Source: Clostridia bacterium
GTDB taxonomy: Bacteria; Bacillota; Clostridia; UMGS1883; UMGS1540
Assembly: GCA_045533905.1 (NCBI GenBank)
Contig: JAZSIR010000001.1
Location: 1 to 64,000 of the forward strand
Direction: 5' to 3'
Length of the DNA: 64,000 nucleotides
The translations under genes were made by a program, and so were the position numbers. Below are positions 1 to 6,781 of this stretch, piece after piece (positions within the stretch are counted from its first letter, which is position 1; each line of letters opens with the position of its first letter). The notes under the pieces are model-generated. The model made no database searches, was not told the origin of the DNA, and worked only from the letters and a program-made list of their open reading frames with translations.

Positions 1-430
1 ACGGAGATATGTATTTGAATTCGGAGTGATACATCCGCAATCATAATCGCATAGATTGAGTTTGATTTTTGTGGTAAGGTAGTTACACCACCCTGAAAAG
101 TTAATCTCTCGAACCGAAAAGATAAGCCCTATGTTAAGCCCTTAAAATCGATTTGAAAGAACAAACGAAGGTGCGAGAAATCACCTGACGGGGCGCCCCG
201 AAACGGCGAGGTGTGGTGTTTTAAAAGAAGCAGGATAAAGCTTGGTGCGCTATTCGCCCCAAGCAGGCTCACATCGCCGTGCAAAGCCCGGCGGAGAGGT
301 TCCGAAAGTGCATCTGCTGGTGATGGTTTGGTGCTGTAATGCGGATTTTCCGCACGGTTGAGCCTTGAAATTGGTGCATATACAGGTATTAATGGTATTT
401 AACGAGATTTTGAGAAAGGTGAGTGTTATA

Positions 431-1552
431 ATGAGTAAAGTTGTATTTAAATCGCCGTATGTTTCCAGCGGCAAAGCTGTCGGCGGTGGTTATATAAACT
501 ATATGGCACAGCGAGAGAGAGTTGACAAGAGCATCAACACGAAAAGAGTTGAAATTAATCTGAATTATATTGCGACCAGGCCTCGTGTTGAAAAGGTCGG
601 AGAGCATGGTCTCTTCGGTAGTAAGGACGATGTTAATCTGAACAAAGCAAGGAGTGACATACTAAATCACAAAGGAAAAGTGTGGATGCCTATCGTATCT
701 TTGAGACGTGAAGATGCAGACAGACTTGGATATAATAACGCAGATGCATGGAGAAATTTGATTCGGTCAAAGCAGTTTGAAATTGCAGAAGCGTATAATA
801 TTCCGGCAAAGGATTTGGTTTGGTACGGGGCATATCACGATGAAGGTCACCACCCTCATATACATATGATTGTCTATAACAAGAACACAGGCAGCGAATA
901 TCTTTCCAAAAAAAGTTGTAATGACCTGCGGGTAATGTTTACAAAAACTATTTTCATAGACGAAGTAAAAAAACTCTATGATGAAAAACAAACGCTCCGA
1001 GATAGAATTATTGATGAAGTCAAGGAGAAAGTCAGTGAGTTTAAAGTTGATATTGGCGGAGCAAATGATGAATTTGCCCACGCCTTCAATGAGTTAAAAT
1101 TCTCTCTCGATGGGTACTCCGGCAAGAGAAATTATAAGTTCATTTCTCATGAGCAAAAGGAAAAGGTCGATGCGGTTGTAAAAGTTGTCTGCAAGGATGA
1201 TAACCTGCAAGAGTTGTATCGTCAATGGTGTCAGCTGCAGCTTGCAAATCAAAGATACTATCGCAAGCATCCTGAAAAAAGTTTTGATGCCCTTGAGAAG
1301 AGCAAAAACTTCGAAAAGCGTCTGCAAAATGCTGTGCTTAAATCTGCATTAAAAGATAACAGGCAAGGAAATGTTTACACAAATAAAATTGATGCATCCC
1401 CTGTCTTCGGTGACATCATTTTCAGCCTCTGTAAAATGTTTGAGCAGTCAATACAGAAAGACATTGAGGAAGGCTTCACGAAATCAATTGTCGACTCCAA
1501 GGAAAGAACAAAAGAATATCGACGGGATCATGGCATGGGAATGCATATGTAA
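431..1552 (+). CDS. MobP3/MobL-family relaxase
   Basis: N-terminal YINYMAQRERV and YIATRPRVEK-GEHGLF motifs, IVSLRREDA, HUH motif YHDEGHHPHIH; RBS GAAAGGTGAG before ATG 431. Confidence 0.85.
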   Translation: MSKVVFKSPYVSSGKAVGGGYINYMAQRERVDKSINTKRVEINLNYIATRPRVEKVGEHGLFGSKDDVNLNKARSDILNHKGKVWMPIVSLRREDADRLGYNNADAWRNLIRSKQFEIAEAYNIPAKDLVWYGAYHDEGHHPHIHMIVYNKNTGSEYLSKKSCNDLRVMFTKTIFIDEVKKLYDEKQTLRDRIIDEVKEKVSEFKVDIGGANDEFAHAFNELKFSLDGYSGKRNYKFISHEQKEKVDAVVKVVCKDDNLQELYRQWCQLQLANQRYYRKHPEKSFDALEKSKNFEKRLQNAVLKSALKDNRQGNVYTNKIDASPVFGDIIFSLCKMFEQSIQKDIEEGFTKSIVDSKERTKEYRRDHGMGMHM

Positions 1553-1579
1553 ATCTATAAAAGGAAGGTGAAATTTACT

Positions 1580-1936
1580 ATGAAAAGAGAAAAGATGACA
1601 TTCAATGTGCCGCCTGCGGTACGAACTGAAATCAAAAATTATGTTAAGCTGCTCGGCTTTAAAAGCGAGAGTGAACTCTGCAATAAGGCTATCAATGAGT
1701 ACCTTACCAAGCTGCATTATGAAGCAAACAGTGACAACATAAATAAGATTTTGGTTCAGGCGATGGACTGTACCATAGAGCATCATGTTGATAGAGTCTC
1801 GGACATGCTCTTCAAACTTGCTGTCAGCATCGAGAAACAAAATCTCATTGCCAGCGGTGAGTATGATGATTACTATGAGGAGTACATCGAACAGGTAGCA
1901 ATCGAAAATGTTATGAAAAGACATGGAAGATTGTAA
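1580..1936 (+). CDS. Ribbon-helix-helix-like mobilisation accessory protein
   Basis: KMTFNVP...SESELCNKAINEYL RHH-like N-terminus and LFKLAV motif; directly after relaxase; RBS AAGGAAGGTG. Confidence 0.55.
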   Translation: MKREKMTFNVPPAVRTEIKNYVKLLGFKSESELCNKAINEYLTKLHYEANSDNINKILVQAMDCTIEHHVDRVSDMLFKLAVSIEKQNLIASGEYDDYYEEYIEQVAIENVMKRHGRL

Positions 1937-1940
1937 AAAC

Positions 1941-1974
1941 CTTCGTGGACTTCTTCTCTCTTCTGTGGTATGCT
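1941..1974 (+). promoter_or_regulatory. Element-type promoter TGGACT-17-TATGCT (near-copy at 24323-24356)
   Basis: CTTCGTrGACTT-N6-TCTTCTGTGGTATG occurs twice in the element. Confidence 0.45.
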
Positions 1975-2021
1975 TTGTCTCACTGGAGGTGAAATTATAT
2001 GACAAAGCATACAAATGACTT

Positions 2022-2064
2022 AAGGCGATTGCATTTCGGTTAACGAATGTGCAGTCGCCTTTTG
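2022..2064 (+). terminator. Putative intrinsic terminator
   Basis: AAGGCGATTGCA...TGCAGTCGCCTT stem followed by T run. Confidence 0.5.
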
Positions 2065-2157
2065 AAATTAATAAGCTGAAACATTGACAACAAATTTTCA
2101 AAACAGTATTCGAAAAAAATATTCGGTATATAATATTTGAAAAGGAGTTGTTGAATC

Positions 2158-3003
2158 ATGAATGAAATTACTAAACGCACTATTGATGAGTACAAAAATT
2201 ATTTAGTCGAGGAAGAAAAATGCTCTGTCACTATAGAAAAATATATCCGTGACATAAATACATTCGCAGAATGGTCACACGGCAGAGAAATTACAAAGAC
2301 ACTTGTGCTTGAATACAAAAGCATATTGATAAAGCAATATGCTCCTGCAAGTGTGAATTCGGTTCTCTCATCTCTCAATGGATACTTCAATTACATTGAA
2401 AGATATGACCTCAAGGTAAAGAACTTAAAAGTGCAAAGACAAATCTTCTGCCAGAGTGAAAAGGAACTGACCAAGGCTGAGTATGAAAGACTTCTCAAGG
2501 CTGCAAAGAGTAAAAAGAACGAGCGCCTCTATCTCATCATGCAGACGATATGTGCCACAGGGATTCGTGTAAGTGAATTAAAATATGTGGATGTGAATTC
2601 TGTGATGACAGGACAGGCTCAGGTTAGGTTGAAAGGTAAAATCAGAATGATAATCCTGCCGAAAGAGTTATGCCAACTGCTTAAGAAATATATAAAAGAA
2701 AAGCATATCACTTCGGGAAGTGTATTCGTAACAAGAAAAGGTCAGCCTGTGGATCGACACTCAATATGGAAATCAATGAAACAATTGTGCGAAAGCGCAG
2801 GGGTATCAAAAGAAAAAGTATTTCCACATAACCTCCGCCATCTGTTCGCAAGGACATACTATTCACTGCAAAAGGATATTGTTCGCCTGGCGGATATACT
2901 CGGCCACTCAAGCGTAAATACTACCAGAATCTATACCATCGAAAATGGTTCCACCCACCGCAGACAAATGCAGAGAATGGGACTCGTACGGATGCAAAAT
3001 TAA
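2158..3003 (+). CDS. Tyrosine recombinase (probable DNA invertase)
   Basis: Catalytic set intact: TGIRVSE (R), LKGK (K), HNLRH, LGH, TTRIY; N-terminal SAM-like domain. Confidence 0.92.
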   Translation: MNEITKRTIDEYKNYLVEEEKCSVTIEKYIRDINTFAEWSHGREITKTLVLEYKSILIKQYAPASVNSVLSSLNGYFNYIERYDLKVKNLKVQRQIFCQSEKELTKAEYERLLKAAKSKKNERLYLIMQTICATGIRVSELKYVDVNSVMTGQAQVRLKGKIRMIILPKELCQLLKKYIKEKHITSGSVFVTRKGQPVDRHSIWKSMKQLCESAGVSKEKVFPHNLRHLFARTYYSLQKDIVRLADILGHSSVNTTRIYTIENGSTHRRQMQRMGLVRMQN

Positions 3004-3009
3004 AAAGAC

Positions 3010-3029
3010 CACATAATCAGCATTATGTG
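3010..3029. repeat. Left recombination site of invertible segment
   Basis: CACATAAT-CAGC-ATTATGTG: dyad arms with asymmetric core; exact reverse complement of 3240-3259. Confidence 0.85.
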
Positions 3030-3055
3030 GCAAAATCATTAAAATATTTGAATAA

Positions 3056-3084
3056 ATTATACCACGAAAATACATAAAGGTCAA
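3056..3084 (-). promoter_or_regulatory. Sigma-A promoter inside invertible segment (currently pointing away from downstream genes)
   Basis: Minus strand TTGACC-17bp-TATAAT with TG extended -10 (TGGTATAAT). Confidence 0.75.
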
Positions 3085-3239
3085 TGTTTCAGAGATAAAT
3101 ACATAAAAATCATAAAATTTGCACATAGCAAATAGACCAATGAAAAAATTAAGACTCATTGGTCTGAGGCTCTTTTGAATTCGTGGTAACTGCAATCACC
3201 TTAGAGGGTGCTTTTTTTATTTCAGCTGTCTTAGTTACA

Positions 3240-3259
3240 CACATAATGCTGATTATGTG
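3240..3259. repeat. Right recombination site of invertible segment
   Basis: CACATAAT-GCTG-ATTATGTG, 20/20 inverted match to 3010-3029. Confidence 0.85.
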
Positions 3260-3270
3260 AGAAAGGGGTT

Positions 3271-3804
3271 TTGAAACAGAATATGCCCGATATAGATAAA
3301 GAAAAAACTTGTTGTTTCTTCGGTCACAGAAAGATTGATGAAACAGAAGAATTAAAAAATAGGCTATATGAAATTATTGAGAATTTAATCGTAAATGAAA
3401 AAGTTGATACTTTCCTCTTCGGGGGCAAAAGTCAATTTGATGACTTATGTCATAAAGTAGTTACCGAGATGAAAGAAAAATATCCCCACATAAAGCGTGT
3501 ATATGTGAGGTCAGCATTCCAACATATTCCCGATTGGTATGAAGACAGTCTGCTTCAGCATTATGAAGATACTTACTTCCCGGAGCATATGGAGAACGCA
3601 GGCAGAGCCTCCTATGTGGAACGCAATCAGGAAATGATTAACCACAGTAAGTACTGCGTGGTATATTACGATAAAAATTATCTTCCACCAAGGCGTAAAA
3701 ACAGCAGACGTGATTTATTTGACTACCAACCAAAAAGCGGAACAGCAGTAGCCTATGATTACGCCGTAAAAAAGAAAAAGGAAATTATAAATGTACTGAA
3801 TTAG
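3271..3804 (+). CDS. SLOG-family (YspA/DUF1273-like) protein
   Basis: TCCFFGHR, FLFGG..FD, ERNQEMINHS and SGT..AYDYA motifs. Confidence 0.7.
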   Translation: MKQNMPDIDKEKTCCFFGHRKIDETEELKNRLYEIIENLIVNEKVDTFLFGGKSQFDDLCHKVVTEMKEKYPHIKRVYVRSAFQHIPDWYEDSLLQHYEDTYFPEHMENAGRASYVERNQEMINHSKYCVVYYDKNYLPPRRKNSRRDLFDYQPKSGTAVAYDYAVKKKKEIINVLN

Positions 3805-3815
3805 GAGAAATTGCT

Positions 3816-3992
3816 GTGGCAAATGAAACATTATCAAAAGCAAAAAATGCAAAGAATGATGAGTTTTATATTCAATATGAAGGTATACAGAGAGAAATAA
3901 ATGCTTATTTAGAATATAAGGGCGGAGCAACTGATATTAAAAACTGCCAGATGCTTTGTAAAACCCATAACAGAGCAAAGGGAAATAAATAA
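3816..3992 (+). pseudogene. In-frame deletion fusion: N-terminus of EcoRI-family adenine methyltransferase + C-terminus of HNH endonuclease
   Basis: GTG start with AGGAG RBS; translates MANETLSKAKNAKNDEFYIQYEGIQREINAYLEY|KGGATDIKNCQMLCKTHNRAKGNK*. Confidence 0.75.
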
Positions 3993-4005
3993 CATATGCA
4001 CAAAC

Positions 4006-4045
4006 AGAGCCTTCGGGAATTTTCTCGGAGGCTCGTTCTTTTTTT
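4006..4045 (+). terminator. Intrinsic terminator
   Basis: GAGCCTTCGGGA...TCTCGGAGGCTC stem followed by T tract. Confidence 0.65.
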
Positions 4046-4087
4046 ACCTGAACTAAATCATAAATCGTCAAAATTGACGAGTTCATC

Positions 4088-4116
4088 TTGAAAACTGAAC
4101 CAATATGTGTTATAAT
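4088..4116 (+). promoter_or_regulatory. Sigma-A promoter for HTH/LytTR/kinase operon
   Basis: TTGAAA-17bp-TATAAT with TG extension. Confidence 0.65.
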
Positions 4117-4147
4117 AGAAAGAAAATTTATATTTGGAGGCTTTATT

Positions 4148-4369
4148 ATGCAGGTTAGCTATAAAGGATTATGGGTTAAATGTGCAGAAAATGAAATATC
4201 AAAACATAAGCTGATACAGTTAGCGGAGGTTTCACCTTCTACACTCACAAGACTTAACAAAAATCAAATTGTATCACTTTCAGTTTTGCTTAAATTCTGC
4301 AAAGTGCTTAAATGTGGTATTGGAGATGTAGTAGAAGCTATACCTGCCAGTGATAAACAAAGTAAATGA
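4148..4369 (+). CDS. Cro/C1-type (XRE) HTH regulator
   Basis: VSYKGLW...VSPSTLTRLNKNQIVSLSVLLKFCKVLKCGIGDVVE pattern; GGAGG RBS. Confidence 0.8.
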   Translation: MQVSYKGLWVKCAENEISKHKLIQLAEVSPSTLTRLNKNQIVSLSVLLKFCKVLKCGIGDVVEAIPASDKQSK

Positions 4370-4389
4370 GTTTGAAAGAAGGTGGTATA

Positions 4390-5109
4390 ATGTTCAGAAT
4401 TGCCCTGTGCGATGACGAGCAAAAAATACTCGATGAAGTATTGCAATATATAAACAAGTATGCAGAAAGTAAAAATATCCAATCGCTTGAAGTATTCCCA
4501 TTCGATTCAGCAAGTTCTCTCAAGAACGCATTGGATGACGAGAAATCCTTTGACATCTTTGTCCTCGATGTTTACATCGGCAAAGAAATGGGAACGGCAC
4601 TTGCAAAGAATATCCGTGAAAGGGGAATTGAGAGTCCGATTATATTTTTAACAACCTCTGTCGAACATGCTCCGCAAGGATATGAAACAGGAACGCTCCG
4701 TTATCTTATAAAACCGCTTGAGCCTGAAAAGTTTTATGAAGCGATAGATGCAGCTTGCTTACAGGCAGAAAAATTACAGAGCAAACTTATCAGGTTCAAA
4801 ACCGAAAATGGCATAGAGAGCATCAACGCAAACAATATTATGTATTCGGAAGCACACGACCATTACCAATACATAAAGCTTGATAACGGTCAGACAATTA
4901 AAGTCAGAACGACAGTTTCGGAGCTTTATGCTTTACTTGCAAAGAATGACGGCTTTTTCCGTTTGGGAAGTGCATACATTATCAATCTGCGTAACATAAA
5001 GAATCTGACATCATCTGCGATTTTGCTTTATGATAACACTACGATACCGATACCAAGAGGGAAACACGCTGAACTGAAAAAAGTCTTTTGGAACTTTCAA
5101 TGTGAATGA
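4390..5109 (+). CDS. LytTR-family response regulator
   Basis: Receiver IALCDDE, FVLDV, IIFLT, YLIKP; LytTR domain FFRLGSAYIINL. Confidence 0.9.
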   Translation: MFRIALCDDEQKILDEVLQYINKYAESKNIQSLEVFPFDSASSLKNALDDEKSFDIFVLDVYIGKEMGTALAKNIRERGIESPIIFLTTSVEHAPQGYETGTLRYLIKPLEPEKFYEAIDAACLQAEKLQSKLIRFKTENGIESINANNIMYSEAHDHYQYIKLDNGQTIKVRTTVSELYALLAKNDGFFRLGSAYIINLRNIKNLTSSAILLYDNTTIPIPRGKHAELKKVFWNFQCE

Positions 5110-5127
5110 TAGGAGGATTAACTGAAT

Positions 5128-6384
5128 ATGACCGGAACAATTATTGAATTTATACTCTTATTGGTAGCCCACGCTGCTGCTGGTATCTTTTCCTCCACTC
5201 TCAAATACAGTAAAAAAACCACATATATCATTTGGGGCACCTGGGTTGTGCTTCAAACAGCACTTCTGTTCTATACGGAATTTGTGCTGACAAATTGGGC
5301 GCTGCAGTTTTTCGTTGGATTTGTACTTTCTCTTGTCGGTCAGTATGTGATATTCTTTGTAACGACAAAAGGAAAGCTTGCACAAAGAATTTTTACCATG
5401 TTGACCTATTCGATCTTCTTCTGTATTGTTATGTCCTTGGTTACGATGGTCAATGGCTCTTTTGGTGAGCTGCACTGGATACTTATCGCACTCATTCAAG
5501 CGGCTTTGCTTTTCGCTATTGTGTTCTATTTTCTTCGCTATGTATGCCCTTTGTGCCGTACTGCTGCAAGGAATATAACAACGGGTTGGGCACCGCTGAT
5601 TTTTGTGAACATCGTCTTTTTGATTACCGTAATTTTGTCCTCGGTATTTCCGGTTAGACTGACAACCTTTAATGATCCTGCGGTTATCACATTTGTTTTT
5701 CTTAGCGTATCTATCTTGTCTGTGTATCCGGTTATTTTTTCAAACATCAACAGCCTGTCCGAAGCGGCAATGAAGAAAGCTGTAGAAACACAAAACAAGC
5801 TGCTTATGACACAGATTGAAGCGGAAAACACACAACTTGCGGCAGACAGCCATGCAAAGCATGACAGACGTCACCACAATCTCATTATGTTGGAATATGC
5901 CAACAACAATGATTTTGAAAGCGTAAAGGATTACTTAAAGACTCTTGTGGAAATTGATGATAAAGCAACAGGTGAAGTGCGGTACTGTGAGAACAGGACG
6001 ATTAACACCATTATAACTGTTTATGAAAGACGTGCGAAAGAAAGCGGAATCTTAGTAAAAGTTGCTGCGGAGAGCAGCCGTGAACTTACCGTTCTTCCGC
6101 AGGACCTTGTGGTTGTCATTGCCAACCTTTTTGAAAATGCAATCAACGCCACTCTGAAGCTAAAGAGCAGAGATAAGTTTATAGATATTCGTATTAAAGA
6201 AAGCTCCAAACGCCTCGTAATAAAGGTTGAAAACCCTTGCAAAGCAAACCTTACCTTTGATGAGTCGTGCTTTGGTGTTGGTATTCGCTCGGTAATTGCC
6301 ACCACAACCAAGTACGAAGGTATGTATGATTTCACCGCCGAGGATGGAATTTTCTCTGCAAAAATCATCTTGAATTTAAAATAA
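5128..6384 (+). CDS. Membrane sensor histidine kinase (GHKL, AgrC/VirS-like)
   Basis: About 7 TM segments, HDRRHH H-box, ANLFENAINA N-box, GVGIRSV G-box. Confidence 0.88.
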   Translation: MTGTIIEFILLLVAHAAAGIFSSTLKYSKKTTYIIWGTWVVLQTALLFYTEFVLTNWALQFFVGFVLSLVGQYVIFFVTTKGKLAQRIFTMLTYSIFFCIVMSLVTMVNGSFGELHWILIALIQAALLFAIVFYFLRYVCPLCRTAARNITTGWAPLIFVNIVFLITVILSSVFPVRLTTFNDPAVITFVFLSVSILSVYPVIFSNINSLSEAAMKKAVETQNKLLMTQIEAENTQLAADSHAKHDRRHHNLIMLEYANNNDFESVKDYLKTLVEIDDKATGEVRYCENRTINTIITVYERRAKESGILVKVAAESSRELTVLPQDLVVVIANLFENAINATLKLKSRDKFIDIRIKESSKRLVIKVENPCKANLTFDESCFGVGIRSVIATTTKYEGMYDFTAEDGIFSAKIILNLK

Positions 6385-6391
6385 AACTGCG

Positions 6392-6424
6392 ATCTACGAC
6401 AAAAAACATACAATCTACGACAAA
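6392..6424 (+). promoter_or_regulatory. LytTR-type direct-repeat binding site
   Basis: ATCTACGACAAA at 6392 and 6413 (21-bp period) upstream of TACAAT -10 at 6451. Confidence 0.7.
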
Positions 6425-6448
6425 CTCCCCATTTCGGGGAGTTTTTTT
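6422..6448 (+). terminator. Intrinsic terminator after kinase
   Basis: AAACTCCCC-ATTTC-GGGGAGTTT followed by T run. Confidence 0.7.
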
Positions 6449-6520
6449 GTTACAATTTATATAAGTATTTTTATTCTGTTAAAAAAACTATGTGAGCATT
6501 TGTGCAAGGGAGGCATAATA

Positions 6521-6781
6521 GTGAACGATAAAAAATATGACGAAAACGGTTATCTTATCATATCCGAAATGGATACTTGTCCTTTATGGGAAAAAGATAC
6601 TGTCCCGAGCATTTACCGTTGTACGCAAGATTGTTTTTATTGCCGTTTTGCAGACTTTCGCACGGAGGAAACTATAACGAGTGCGAAGGAAATACCGCGA
6701 GGCGAAAAACTGTATAGTATCTGCGGCAACGAGAAAAATCGAATAAAGAAATCCGGAAAGGAGCTTAAAAATGAAGATTAA
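6521..6781 (+). CDS. Small Cys-rich hypothetical protein
   Basis: GTG with GGAGG RBS; C-x13-CxxxCxxC...C; overlaps the next gene start. Confidence 0.6.
   Translation: MNDKKYDENGYLIISEMDTCPLWEKDTVPSIYRCTQDCFYCRFADFRTEETITSAKEIPRGEKLYSICGNEKNRIKKSGKELKNED

Noticed and set aside
1484-2101. 205-aa minus-strand ORF
   Set aside because: Antisense to the relaxase end and RHH gene; no RBS or motif
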